64,000 bases of DNA, taken from NCBI GenBank assembly GCA_018334915.1, contig JAGXLB010000001.1, forward strand, positions 11,017 through 75,016, written 5' to 3'. Under the pieces are notes generated by a model. The model did not search any database, was not told the origin of the DNA, and saw only the letters and a program-made list of their open reading frames with translations. Positions 8,624 through 18,309 of this stretch are shown piece after piece (within the stretch, counting starts at the first letter, position 1; every line of letters begins with the position of its first letter). A program made the translations under genes and the position numbers. The DNA comes from Candidatus Bipolaricaulota bacterium. GTDB lineage: Bacteria > Bipolaricaulota > Bipolaricaulia > M55B111.

Positions 8624-9099
8624 TTGCCTTCCTCGGTGATTCTACTTTCCAGGTTTATCATTTCTACCAGCGCTTCAGCCGCTTCATTTCCTTTATTGCC
8701 CTGCTTTGCCCCGGCTCGGTCTATTGCCTGGTCAAGCGTGTCCGCGGTGATCAATCCAAAAGTAACCGGTATATCACCTTCGAGGTTCAACTGAGCCAGA
8801 CCCTTTGATGTCTCGTTGGCTACATAATCGAAATGAGGTGTTTCACCCCTGATAATCGCGCCCAGCGCTACTATTCCATCGTAATCTCCTGATTCTTCCA
8901 TTTTTCTTACTGCTCTGGGTAACTCAAATGAACCGGGAACGTAGGCCACCGTCGCATTATCCCAGTCCCCCCCCAACCTCGTGAGCTTGTCTTTTGCTCC
9001 GGAGAGGAGTCTATCGGTGACCAGGCTATTAAACCTGCTGATCACTATCCCTATTTTTAGCCCAGACGCGTCTAACTTGCCTTCTAAATTGTGAGACAC
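8620..9099 (-). CDS. ribH: 6,7-dimethyl-8-ribityllumazine synthase
   Basis: ISRFN, VPGSFELP, IRGETPHFDYV, GNKG. Confidence 0.98.
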   Translation of the reverse strand: MSHNLEGKLDASGLKIGIVISRFNSLVTDRLLSGAKDKLTRLGGDWDNATVAYVPGSFELPRAVRKMEESGDYDGIVALGAIIRGETPHFDYVANETSKGLAQLNLEGDIPVTFGLITADTLDQAIDRAGAKQGNKGNEAAEALVEMINLESRITEEGK

Positions 9100-9117
9100 T
9101 GTTACCTCCCGTTGAGA

Positions 9118-10338
9118 TTAAGACTTGTTATCTTCGTCAAATTCTGACAAATTGTGACCGAGCTTTTCTACCTTGGTTTGAAGATAATCCTGGTTGTGCT
9201 CATTTGCCTCGATTTCTATGGGTACAGTCTCCGAAATATGAAGACCGTATCCTTCAAGTCCGACCACCTTCCGAGGGTTGTTGGTAAGTAGACGAATTGA
9301 GCTCAACCCAAGGTCGGAAAGTATCTGAGCTCCGAATCCGTAATCTCTTAGGTCGGCAGGGAATCCAAGCTCTTCGTTGGCTTCCACGGTGTCCATCCCT
9401 TGATCCTGGAGTTCGTAGGCGCAAACTTTATTGCTTAAGCCGATCCCCCGTCCTTCCTGTCTCATGTAGACCAGCACACCTTCTCCAGCTTCGTCTATGG
9501 TGGTTAAAGCCCTGTGCAGCTGTCCGCCACAGTCGCACCGTTTTGACCCGAATACGTCACCCGTCAGGCATTCAGAATGTACTCTGACCAGCACGTCTTC
9601 TTCCCCTTCTACTTCACCTTTTACCAGAGCGACGTGTTCATCGCCGTTTATCTGATCGATATAACTGTGTATCTTGAAGTTCCCGTATTTTGTCGGCAGT
9701 CTTGCCGATCCGGTCCGGTTTACAAGCTTCTCGTTTTTCTTCCTGTATTCTATTAGATCTTCTATGGATACTATCCTGAACCCGTGTTTGTCGGCAATTT
9801 TCTTTAGAGCCGGAAATCGGGCCATGGAACCGTCTTCGTCCATTATTTCACAGAGGACGGCTGCGGGGTAAAGGTCAGCCAATTTTGCAAAATCCACCGC
9901 TGCTTCGGTATGACCAGCTCGATGCAACACTCCACCCTGTTCTGCTTTTAGGGGAAAGACGTGTCCGGGTCGGACCAGATCTTCCGGACCTTTGTCTTCG
10001 TCAATAAGGATAGAAATAGTTCTAGCCCGGTCGTACGCGGATATTCCCGTTGAGATACCATCTCTGGCGTCTACGGAAACGGTGAATTGAGTGCCGTGAT
10101 GAGAGGTATTATTTCCAACCATAGAATCGAGCTCCAGCTCGGTTAATCTTTCCTGTTCCATGGGTGTGCATACCAGCCCTCGACCCTCTTTGGTCATGAA
10201 ATTAATGTCTTCAGGTCGGGCTTTCTCCGCTGCCATCACGAAATCCCCTTCGTTTTCCCGTTCCTCGTCGTCAACGACGATTATTATTTCACCTGATTCT
10301 ATTGAGTCTATTGCTTCTTCTATCGGATCGAGACTCAT
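9118..10338 (-). CDS. ribBA: Bifunctional DHBP synthase / GTP cyclohydrolase II
   Basis: [48 protein letters not shown]. Confidence 0.98.
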   Translation of the reverse strand: MSLDPIEEAIDSIESGEIIIVVDDEERENEGDFVMAAEKARPEDINFMTKEGRGLVCTPMEQERLTELELDSMVGNNTSHHGTQFTVSVDARDGISTGISAYDRARTISILIDEDKGPEDLVRPGHVFPLKAEQGGVLHRAGHTEAAVDFAKLADLYPAAVLCEIMDEDGSMARFPALKKIADKHGFRIVSIEDLIEYRKKNEKLVNRTGSARLPTKYGNFKIHSYIDQINGDEHVALVKGEVEGEEDVLVRVHSECLTGDVFGSKRCDCGGQLHRALTTIDEAGEGVLVYMRQEGRGIGLSNKVCAYELQDQGMDTVEANEELGFPADLRDYGFGAQILSDLGLSSIRLLTNNPRKVVGLEGYGLHISETVPIEIEANEHNQDYLQTKVEKLGHNLSEFDEDNKS

Positions 10339-10353
10339 CTTTTCACTCCTAAC

Positions 10354-10965
10354 TTATTTCCTGTAAGGGTTGGGTTCCTTCACAGTATTTGTAACGTATT
10401 TTGCCAGTATATCGAATTCAACGTTTACTCTCGAGCCGCCTTTCTTGAACTGTAAAGTCGTGTTTTCATAAGTATGAGGTATGACACTTACGGAGAAAGC
10501 CCCTCCGCTGACCTGGTAAGGGGTAAGGCTAATCCCGTCTATCGCTACTGCGCCCTTATTTACAAGGTAATTAGAGAACTGCCTGGAGGTGGATATTCTA
10601 TAAAGGTAGTTCTCCCGGTCTTTCTTGATTCTACCTATCCTTCCCAGAGTATCCACGTGACCCTGAACCAGGTGTCCATCTAACCTTTTAGAGAGTTCAT
10701 CCATTCCCAGCGGTAATTCAAGATTTACTCTATCACCAGGTCTCAGGTCCCCGATATTCGTCTTTCTTTTTGTTTCCGGCGATACGTCGACGGACAGACG
10801 TTCCTTTCCGTTTTCAATATCTACTGCCGTAAGGCAGGCTCCATTGACGCTTATACTGCCACCAATTCCCATTGTGTCCAGAAGTCTTTCCGGAACTGAA
10901 AAGATGAACCGACTCCCGTCAGTTTTGATCAGATTTCCAATATCTTCTACTACGCCAGTGAACAT
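10354..10965 (-). CDS. ribE: Riboflavin synthase alpha chain
   Basis: MFTG N-terminus, [27 protein letters not shown]. Confidence 0.97.
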   Translation of the reverse strand: MFTGVVEDIGNLIKTDGSRFIFSVPERLLDTMGIGGSISVNGACLTAVDIENGKERLSVDVSPETKRKTNIGDLRPGDRVNLELPLGMDELSKRLDGHLVQGHVDTLGRIGRIKKDRENYLYRISTSRQFSNYLVNKGAVAIDGISLTPYQVSGGAFSVSVIPHTYENTTLQFKKGGSRVNVEFDILAKYVTNTVKEPNPYRK

Positions 10966-11060
10966 TATGCTGGTAGTGGTGAATAAAAATGCCCGGGTAA
11001 TACCAAGAAAGATCGACCTCTTTTTCCTTCCTAGGTTTCACTTTAGTGTACTCGAAGAAC

Positions 11061-11151
11061 GGACTGTCATTCAACCAGTTTGGCCCGGCGAAAGCCGTTC
11101 CGGGGGGGATCCGTCAGAGGGGACCGGTAACTGGGTGAATTGAAATAGTCC
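11061..11151 (+). ncRNA. Candidate structured RNA (long closing stem with GAAA-tetraloop arm), unassigned
   Basis: GGACUGU/AUAGUCC, AUUCAACCAGUU/AACUGGGUGAAU and CGGC-GAAA-GCCG pairings. Strand inferred from the GNRA loop. Confidence 0.4.
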
Positions 11152-11190
11152 AGTTAGTTAGTTAAAATCTTGGGATCGCCGAGAAACTGC

Positions 11191-11221
11191 GAGAACCCTT
11201 TAGGGACAAATCGGCTGGTTT
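11191..11221 (+). repeat. Repeat module D (short form)
   Basis: GAGAACCC-TTTA-GGG-ACAAATCGGCTGGTTT resembles 29558-29597 and the reverse complement of 18078-18104. Confidence 0.55.
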
Positions 11222-11435
11222 CTCCTCCGGTCCAGCGCTAAAAAATTAGTTACTGGGCTGGAACTGTAATAATCGAAGTCTAAAATTGATAATAAAGGGG
11301 CTCTGTAATATCTAGATAAATTTCATATTTTGGAATCGGGCAGAACTTCTTTTTTTGATTGATACATATAATATCTTTTACGAGTTCCGTTCTTAGAGTC
11401 ATGACTGATGATAGAGAGTCCGAGGAGGAGCTAAA

Positions 11436-13028
11436 GTGCAATTTATGTCTTTAAAAAATAGAAAACTTTTGACCGTTATTCTTTTCTTGTCAGTAACGTT
11501 CCTTATCCTGTTTGGATTTACAGGAGCGGGAGCTTCGGAGGGCAAGCAGCCCATTAAGGTTACTCGGAACCAGGAAAAGGGAATTTTTCAGGTTCGGACT
11601 TCAATAGCGGATTATCTTTTCACCGAAAAAGGAGGAGATCTGAGAAGTATATTTATTCATTTTTCCTCTTTTAGAACGAATAAAGCCGAGATAGTGCCCG
11701 GCACGACGACGGATCCGGAGACCTTGAGTAGGTCTTATCCGGATAACGTAAAATTTCCCGGTGAATTAAGTATTAAAGGGGAGTCGGACCGCAACTTATC
11801 TTACGAGGCAGAGATCCCCGAAGGAACTCATTACGATGAACTACGGATAACTTTTACCGGCGGCAAGAATGGGCTCCAGGTAGAGAAAACTTTTACGATT
11901 TACAACGATGCCAACTATACCTTAGGTCTTTCGGTCTCCATCACTAACGAGTCGGGAGAATCAGTTGATCTGGGGGAGGAAGCCAGGTTGTATCTTGGCT
12001 CCCGCACCAAATCGGGTGGAGATGGGGACCTGGATTATCTCACGGACACGACTACTAAATTCATATTCGACGGCGAAGTCAGTAACGGCAAGCTGGCTCA
12101 GGGGTCTTACAATAGTTTCGGAGGACTCGGCTTAATAGGTGAGAACCTGGTCTTGTTTCTAAAGACAGGGTTGCCATATGCCGACGGTGAAGGCTCTGTA
12201 GATAAAGGCGTTACGCCGTATGTAGCTGAGGGAAACCTCGGAGTCAACTTGACCGGAACGGAGCTGGCTGCAGGTGAATCGGAAAGGTTTCAGTTTTCCC
12301 TTTATGGAGGGAGGCGCCGGCACGTTTTGCTGTCGAACGTTGGCCTCGGAAATACCGACGATATTGGATTCTTTAGCCAATTGTTGGTTCCGGTAATTGG
12401 TTTTCTCAATCAACTGTACGACTTTACCGGAAATTACGGCTGGGCTATAATTTTGTTTACGATCTTAATACGGGCCTTGCTTTACCCGCTGATGCGGAAT
12501 ATGTATCGCTCCATGGCAAAAATGCAGGAGTTACAGCCAAAGATACAGGAGATCCAGGACAAATACGATGACCGGGAGGAGCAACAGCAGGAGATGATGG
12601 CGCTATATAAGGAGGAAGACGTAAATCCCATGGGAGGTTGTCTGCCGATGTTTATCCAGCTGCCTATCTTGATCCTCCTCTGGCGGGCGATAATGTACAG
12701 CGCGGAAGCTATTCACGTTTCTCCCGGATTTCTCTGGATTAAAGACCTTAGCATGCACGACCCATATTACATCCTCGTGGTACTGACGGTGGGGACGATG
12801 ATCCTTCAGCAGCAGATGATGCAGACGCCGGGTGGGGGCGGAAGCCAGAACAAGCTTATGACTTTTGGTTTTCCGTTATTTATGGGAATATTTCTTAGGA
12901 ATTTCCCTGCTGGACTGTGGCTGTACTACTTCCTTACACAGGTCTTCATGATCGGCCAGCAGGCATTCATTAACTGGGAAATGGAAAGGGGAGAGACGGA
13001 AGGTGAAAGTCAGCCCCAGGAAACATGA
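11436..13028 (+). CDS. yidC: Membrane protein insertase YidC
   Basis: N-terminal anchor, large extracytoplasmic domain, GNYGWAII, NPMGGCLP, DPYYIL, PAGLWLYY. Confidence 0.96.
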   Translation: MQFMSLKNRKLLTVILFLSVTFLILFGFTGAGASEGKQPIKVTRNQEKGIFQVRTSIADYLFTEKGGDLRSIFIHFSSFRTNKAEIVPGTTTDPETLSRSYPDNVKFPGELSIKGESDRNLSYEAEIPEGTHYDELRITFTGGKNGLQVEKTFTIYNDANYTLGLSVSITNESGESVDLGEEARLYLGSRTKSGGDGDLDYLTDTTTKFIFDGEVSNGKLAQGSYNSFGGLGLIGENLVLFLKTGLPYADGEGSVDKGVTPYVAEGNLGVNLTGTELAAGESERFQFSLYGGRRRHVLLSNVGLGNTDDIGFFSQLLVPVIGFLNQLYDFTGNYGWAIILFTILIRALLYPLMRNMYRSMAKMQELQPKIQEIQDKYDDREEQQQEMMALYKEEDVNPMGGCLPMFIQLPILILLWRAIMYSAEAIHVSPGFLWIKDLSMHDPYYILVVLTVGTMILQQQMMQTPGGGGSQNKLMTFGFPLFMGIFLRNFPAGLWLYYFLTQVFMIGQQAFINWEMERGETEGESQPQET

Positions 13029-13492
13029 CAGAAAAAGAGGGAAAAGCCGAACGGGAAGTAGCTTCTTATCTCGAAGGATTTTTCGAGTTGATCGGGGAAA
13101 ATCCCGGTCTTGAAGTAGAGGCGAAGTCACCCGACGAACTCTACGTTAACATCCAGGGAAAATCTGATTTTTTTTCCGAGGAACGGGAAAAGCTGGCAAA
13201 ATCCCTTTCCGTATTGGTTAAGGTTCTGCTTGAGCGCCAGTATGATCTGGATAAAGACGTCCAGATAGATATTAACGGGGTCAAACTCTCCCGGAGGAAA
13301 AGTCTGGAACGTTTCGCCCTGAATGCTGCAGAAAGGGCAGTTTCGAAGGGAAAAAAGGTAAGGCTTAACCCAATGCCCCCGGTGGAAAGAAAGTGGATTC
13401 ACGTTGCCCTAAGTGACTCCGAAGACGTTGAGACCTACAGCGTGGGAGAGGGCGACGATCGACGAGTAATAATAAAACCAAAAGAGGAATGA
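13025..13492 (+). CDS. jag: Jag/KhpB-like R3H RNA-binding protein (short form)
   Basis: R3H domain (LNPMPPVERKWIH..L...VETYSVGEG..RRVII) in the yidC-mnmE position. Confidence 0.85.
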   Translation: MTEKEGKAEREVASYLEGFFELIGENPGLEVEAKSPDELYVNIQGKSDFFSEEREKLAKSLSVLVKVLLERQYDLDKDVQIDINGVKLSRRKSLERFALNAAERAVSKGKKVRLNPMPPVERKWIHVALSDSEDVETYSVGEGDDRRVIIKPKEE

Positions 13493-14880
13493 AGGAAGAA
13501 GAAACGATTGCGGCAATCTCCACTCCCCTGGGCAAGAGTGGTATCGGCATTGTCAGGCTGTCCGGTCAAAAAGCTCTTGATATTGCAGGAAAATTGTTCA
13601 CCTCGCCTGACCGTGTTGATTTAACCGAGGTCGAGTCCCATACCCTTCATTACGGATACATTCGTGATCCTGATAAGGAAAGGGAAATCGACGAGGTCCT
13701 GCTTTCTGTTATGAAGGCTCCCCATACTTATACCAGAGAAGATGTAGTTGAGATAAACTGTCACGGAGGCGTTGTTCCACTACGGGAGACGCTCGAGCTA
13801 GCTCTAAACGCAGGAGCTCGGCCGGCCGAGCCGGGGGAGTTTACCAAACGGGCATTTTTAAACGGCCGACTTACGCTGGACCAGGCCAAATCGGTAAAAG
13901 ATATTGTCGATTCAAAGACCCGGTTTTCCCTGGAACTTTCCCTTGATAGACTCGAAGGAAAATTTTCCAGTTTACTGAGCTCGGTCAGGGAAAACCTGAC
14001 GTCTATCCTGGCTGAGATAGAGACGATGATAAATTATCCCGATTACGAGGAATCAATTGTTTCCAGGAGCGAGCTGGAAGAGAGGCTTTCCGACTTAGAA
14101 GAGAGGATAGAGGATTTTCTTGCAAACAGTAAGGACGGCAAGATACTCAAGGAGGGTCATAAAATTGCGATTCTCGGTCGACCTAATGTTGGTAAGTCTA
14201 CTTTATTAAATACGTTACTGCGGGAGGAGAGAGCTATCGTGAGCCCCACTCCCGGAACCACCAGGGATACTCTGGAGGAAGAACTTGAAATCGACGGTAT
14301 ACCCTTTTTAATAACCGATACGGCTGGAATTAGAAAAACCGAAGGAGAAATAGAAAAAAAGGGCGTCCGGAGAGCGAAGGAACAGGGGCAAAAGGCGGAC
14401 ATCTCCTTGCTGTTAATTGATGTGAATACCGGAATCGAGCCCGAGGACCATGATATAGCGGAGGAGGTTGACGAGGAGAAGACAATTCTAGTTTTGAACA
14501 AGATTGATCTGGTTGATAACTTGCCAGAACAGGAGATCATCACTAAAATGGGTTCTGGTTGGGCTGACGTAGTAAATCTTTCGGCTGAAGAAGGGCGGGG
14601 CTTAAAAGCTCTTGAAAGTTCTATCACCGGTCTTGTCTGGGGAGGAAAAGTAAGGAAGGACGAAAGTCTTGTTCTGCTGAATGTCCGGGAGAAAGAGTTA
14701 CTCAAACAAGCAAAGGAAAGTCTTGCCAGTGCCCGCCAGGCACTTTGTGAGGGAAGATCGATAGATCTGGTTGAGTTCGATATCAGAGAAGCGCGAAAGG
14801 ACCTTGGGGCATTGCTTGGTGAAGATTTGACGGAAGAGATTCTTAACCGCGTCTTTTCGGATTTTTGTGTGGGCAAGTAG
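13489..14880 (+). CDS. mnmE: tRNA modification GTPase MnmE
   Basis: TIAAISTP, GEFTKRAFLNG, GRPNVGKS, DTAG, NKID, FCVGK end. Confidence 0.98.
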   Translation: MKEEETIAAISTPLGKSGIGIVRLSGQKALDIAGKLFTSPDRVDLTEVESHTLHYGYIRDPDKEREIDEVLLSVMKAPHTYTREDVVEINCHGGVVPLRETLELALNAGARPAEPGEFTKRAFLNGRLTLDQAKSVKDIVDSKTRFSLELSLDRLEGKFSSLLSSVRENLTSILAEIETMINYPDYEESIVSRSELEERLSDLEERIEDFLANSKDGKILKEGHKIAILGRPNVGKSTLLNTLLREERAIVSPTPGTTRDTLEEELEIDGIPFLITDTAGIRKTEGEIEKKGVRRAKEQGQKADISLLLIDVNTGIEPEDHDIAEEVDEEKTILVLNKIDLVDNLPEQEIITKMGSGWADVVNLSAEEGRGLKALESSITGLVWGGKVRKDESLVLLNVREKELLKQAKESLASARQALCEGRSIDLVEFDIREARKDLGALLGEDLTEEILNRVFSDFCVGK

Positions 14881-14935
14881 TACCTTTATTTGTGGAAAGC
14901 TAAGCAAAATTACAGGAGGAGCAGGGAGTTATCTT

Positions 14936-15763
14936 ATGAAAGATTCGGAGAGGTCCAATGAAGAAATCCTCGAGGAAATTCAGGAACTTAAGGAGAAGGA
15001 GGGTGGGGAGGAAGCTGGTGAACGAGATGAACTAAAAAATCGAATCGACGAGTTAAAGGATAAATTAATTGAACGGAATATTCCCCTCGTAAAGTCCATT
15101 GCGGGTGATTTTACTCATTCGGGCTTGGATTTTGAAGACCTTCGACAGGCCGGTTATATCGGTTTATTGAACGCCGTCGAAAATTTCGATTTAAGCAGAG
15201 GAACTAAGTTTTCAACTTACGCGACTCACCTCATCAAAGGAGAAATCAGGCATCAGGTGAGAGATAACCAGCCTTCCGTTCATATTCCCCAGTGGGTAAA
15301 AAGATTGAATAAGAAGGTCAAGAAGGCCCAGGAGAGAATTTATCAAGAAACAGGAGAATACCCGAGTATCAAAGACCTTGCCGAGGAGCTGAACATTGAA
15401 GAAGAGGGGGTTAAAGAGGTCTTGAAAGCCAGGGATTCGATGACCTATGTATCTATTGACCGGGAGCGAAGGGAATCCGATCCGAGGCCGGAGTACATAG
15501 ATTACGAGAAGATCAAAAGCAAGCACGAAGAAGACCTCCCGCTCGAGTTCAAGGTAAGGATCGCCGACGCTATCGAAAAGTTAACTGAGGTTCAGCAGCA
15601 GGTGGTAAAAGGGATATTTTACGAGGACCAGACTCAGGAGGAGATAGGGGAAGAGATCGGAACCTCCCAGCGTCAGGTTTCCCGAATAAAGTACAGGGTC
15701 CTGGACGAACTGGAATCTCAACTCAAGGATAAATCCGATGACCAAGCTGAGGACGACGAGTAG
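14936..15763 (+). CDS. SigB/SigF-family alternative sigma factor
   Basis: Region 2 (EDLRQAGYIGLLNAVENFD..RGTKFSTYA...IKGEIR), region 3 HTH, region 4 (TQEEIGEEIGTSQRQVSR). Start moved to ATG 14936 after GGAG. Confidence 0.9.
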   Translation: MKDSERSNEEILEEIQELKEKEGGEEAGERDELKNRIDELKDKLIERNIPLVKSIAGDFTHSGLDFEDLRQAGYIGLLNAVENFDLSRGTKFSTYATHLIKGEIRHQVRDNQPSVHIPQWVKRLNKKVKKAQERIYQETGEYPSIKDLAEELNIEEEGVKEVLKARDSMTYVSIDRERRESDPRPEYIDYEKIKSKHEEDLPLEFKVRIADAIEKLTEVQQQVVKGIFYEDQTQEEIGEEIGTSQRQVSRIKYRVLDELESQLKDKSDDQAEDDE

Positions 15764-15772
15764 GGAGGAAGA

Positions 15773-16024
15773 ATGGATAAATTAGTGGAGGGTCTCGCAC
15801 TGGTCGAAGAAGTAAATAGACTCATTGAAAACCTTCAGGAGTCTCTGGAGCTTTTTAGACAGGGAAAAGCAGACAAAGCTCTTGAAAAGGTAAATTCTGT
15901 CGAAGAAGGCATCGAGGATTTAAACGCAGGAAATTTACCGGAACGGGCTGAGATCGAGGAGAGGCTTTCCGATGCCCTGACCAGTCTTGAATGGGTTAGT
16001 GATAATGCCGACAGGGTAAAATAG
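15773..16024 (+). CDS. Small acidic helical hypothetical protein
   Basis: Strong SD (GGGAGG) 9 nt after the sigma stop; 83 aa, helical pattern. Confidence 0.75.
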   Translation: MDKLVEGLALVEEVNRLIENLQESLELFRQGKADKALEKVNSVEEGIEDLNAGNLPERAEIEERLSDALTSLEWVSDNADRVK

Positions 16025-16160
16025 ATGACCACGCTGGAAAGTCCGGGAGGATAGAAGGAAAGGTAAAAGAGTTAGAGAAGAACTTCTAAATTATTAAGCC
16101 GTTCGAATTCGAGTTTTCTAGTACGCGACATACGATCTCGTTGAGTTATCGTAGATATCC

Positions 16161-16847
16161 ATGGTTGATTATACTATACACGATTTACCACCGGATGATA
16201 GACCGAGGGAAAAGCTAGAGCAAAACGGTCCGGAGTACCTGAGCGATTCGGAACTTCTGGCACTGGTAATAAGGTCCGGAATAAAAGGAAAGAACGTTCT
16301 TGAAGTAACACGGGAAATCCTTCGAGACTTGGACCTCAATAATCTTTCCAATTCCACACTACAGGAACTTCAGAGCTACAGGGGGATTGGGAAAGTAAAA
16401 GCCGGTCAAATTCTCGCCGTTTTTGAGCTGGGTAAGAGATTTGCAAGGGACGAACTTGCAACCGGAGAAAAGATATTTAGTCTCGATGACGTCCTTGGCC
16501 ACTTGAACCCCGAAATGAGGAGCCTGGAAAGGGAGGAATTGAGGGCTCTCCACCTTAATAACGCAAACGAACTCATCCACGAGGAAACGATCTTTTACGG
16601 AACTCTAAACGAGGTCCAGATTCAGCCTAGGGAGATCGCTAAAAGTTGTTTGAAGCATAATAGCGGGGGAATCATACTTGCTCATAATCATCCAGGGGGA
16701 AAGTCCGATCCCTCCGAAGCCGATATAAACGTAACAGAAAGGTTGATGTCTACGTTAAGTAATCTTGGTATTACTTTGATAGATCACGTAATAGTGGGAA
16801 AGCACGAAGAAACAAGTCTGAAAAGAGAAGGTTATCTGGGAGGTTGA
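16161..16847 (+). CDS. radC: RadC / JAB domain protein
   Basis: DRPREKL, LSDSELLA, HhH GIGKVKA, AHNHPGG..PS.AD, DHVIVG. Confidence 0.96.
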   Translation: MVDYTIHDLPPDDRPREKLEQNGPEYLSDSELLALVIRSGIKGKNVLEVTREILRDLDLNNLSNSTLQELQSYRGIGKVKAGQILAVFELGKRFARDELATGEKIFSLDDVLGHLNPEMRSLEREELRALHLNNANELIHEETIFYGTLNEVQIQPREIAKSCLKHNSGGIILAHNHPGGKSDPSEADINVTERLMSTLSNLGITLIDHVIVGKHEETSLKREGYLGG

Positions 16848-17001
16848 TCTTTCAGGTAATGAAGGGAAACCTCTGTAAAAGTGATTACCTCTGATCAGGC
16901 TTTTAAATGATCCTGATTCTTGTTCTTCTCCTGATTATCCAGTGTTTGAACCCGGGAGCTGGCTCTATATAATTAACTAATCCCAGTTCACCTAATCAAA
17001 T

Positions 17002-17898
17002 ATGAATAATAGAAAAAAACTACTGACCTGTTTATCGTTTTTTATTTTATTGATCCTTCTGGTCCCGGAGGTTAGACTGCACGGAGAAGAGGGAAACTTG
17101 CCAGAGAACACCAGCTTGCAGGACCTAATAAGGGAGGCTGACCGGGTTGCTCGGAAAGCAAGAACTGACGTCCAAACGGAGGAGAAGCTAAGAGAAGCGA
17201 TCGAGCTTTACTGGAAGGTCCTAGAACTCGACCCGAAGAATCGGCACGCTTTGAACAGATTATCGCTGGGTTACTTTACTCTGGCGGAAGCTTACCTGGA
17301 CGAGCCGGAAGAAAAGAAGTCCTATTATACTAAGGGTTACGAGTACGGGTTAAGCAGTTTGAAGTCCAATGAAGAATTTGCTGAGCTTTACGAAGATCTG
17401 GGGTTTGGGGCGTTAAAGAACCTTCCAGATAACGTAGAGGACGTGGAGGCAGTCTTCTGGACGGGGGCCAATCTCGGGCGGCTTGGGGAGACCAAAGGGA
17501 TACTGGACTCTCTTGGCGATCTTCCCGCCCTCATAGCTTTAAATCGTCGGGCAGTTAGCCTTGACGAAGCTTACCTGGGTGGTGGTGCGCACCGGGCTCT
17601 TGGATCGATCGCCGGAGAATTACTCAGCAGATGGCCTGTTACCATTATGCAGGTTAATAAGTACGATCTAAGCTGGGACAAAGCAAAAAAACACTTTGAA
17701 AGAGCGATTAAAATTGCGCCAAACTGCCTGGAAAATTACTTTTCTTACGCCAAGTACTATGCTTTTAAGAGGGGAAAGAAGGAGATGGCCCGTGAACTCC
17801 TTGACAATGTATTGGCCAATAATTTGGGCGACGAGTACCCCCTGATTAATAAAATTGCTAAGGATAAGGCCAGAGAGCTAAGTCAAGAAAGATTTTGA
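17002..17898 (+). CDS. Exported TPR protein, TatT-like
   Basis: Signal-like N-terminus; TPR helices with FWTGANLG and LDEAYLGGGAHRALG patterns. Confidence 0.7.
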   Translation: MNNRKKLLTCLSFFILLILLVPEVRLHGEEGNLPENTSLQDLIREADRVARKARTDVQTEEKLREAIELYWKVLELDPKNRHALNRLSLGYFTLAEAYLDEPEEKKSYYTKGYEYGLSSLKSNEEFAELYEDLGFGALKNLPDNVEDVEAVFWTGANLGRLGETKGILDSLGDLPALIALNRRAVSLDEAYLGGGAHRALGSIAGELLSRWPVTIMQVNKYDLSWDKAKKHFERAIKIAPNCLENYFSYAKYYAFKRGKKEMARELLDNVLANNLGDEYPLINKIAKDKARELSQERF

Positions 17899-18077
17899 TA
17901 AATTCAATTGGTTCGGGCAAGGATAATATTTACCATTAATATAACACTCGGTTCTTTCACAATTGGACAAGAAAACTTTAAGGAGAGTAATTAGTTTGGC
18001 TGAATCCCGCACTCTCTGCCGCTTATACCTCGCTGATGTAACAAGTCGCTGCTGGAAGACCTCTAATAATTAATCTG

Positions 18078-18104
18078 ACCAGCTGGTTCCTCCCTGAGGG
18101 TTCT
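18078..18104 (-). repeat. Repeat module D (short form, inverted)
   Basis: Minus strand AGAACCCTCAGGGAGGAACCAGCTGGT. Confidence 0.5.
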
Positions 18105-18309
18105 AACTTAGCTTTTATAGGTCCGTTGGAAAAACTGCGATTTCAGTTAGTTTTTAATACCTACTCATGGCCGGGCCCTTCCCCGATCTTGAACGAGATT
18201 GGGTTGAGTCGTAGAATTACAAAGCTTTTTGAAATTTGAAAAGAGGAATTTCTGATTAGTAATTTAACTAAAATCGGTGGAAACTTTACTATTAAGATAA
18301 CTTTTAGGG

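Noticed and set aside
11061..11151. SRP RNA, hammerhead, twister or cobalamin riboswitch identity
   Set aside because: Lacks CAGG-..-GGAA-..-AGCAG, CUGANGA, the twister core beyond CCGGUCCC, and the B12 AGGGAA motif.
14157..14876. 239-aa antisense ORF in mnmE, and similar antisense ORFs in folP, rpoC and ribosomal genes
   Set aside because: Ser/Phe-rich mirror frames produced by Glu/Lys-rich sense codons.
17996..18073. 25-aa ORF (TTG start) after AAGGAG
   Set aside because: Weak start, long SD spacing and no motif; cannot be supported without conservation or ribosome profiling.
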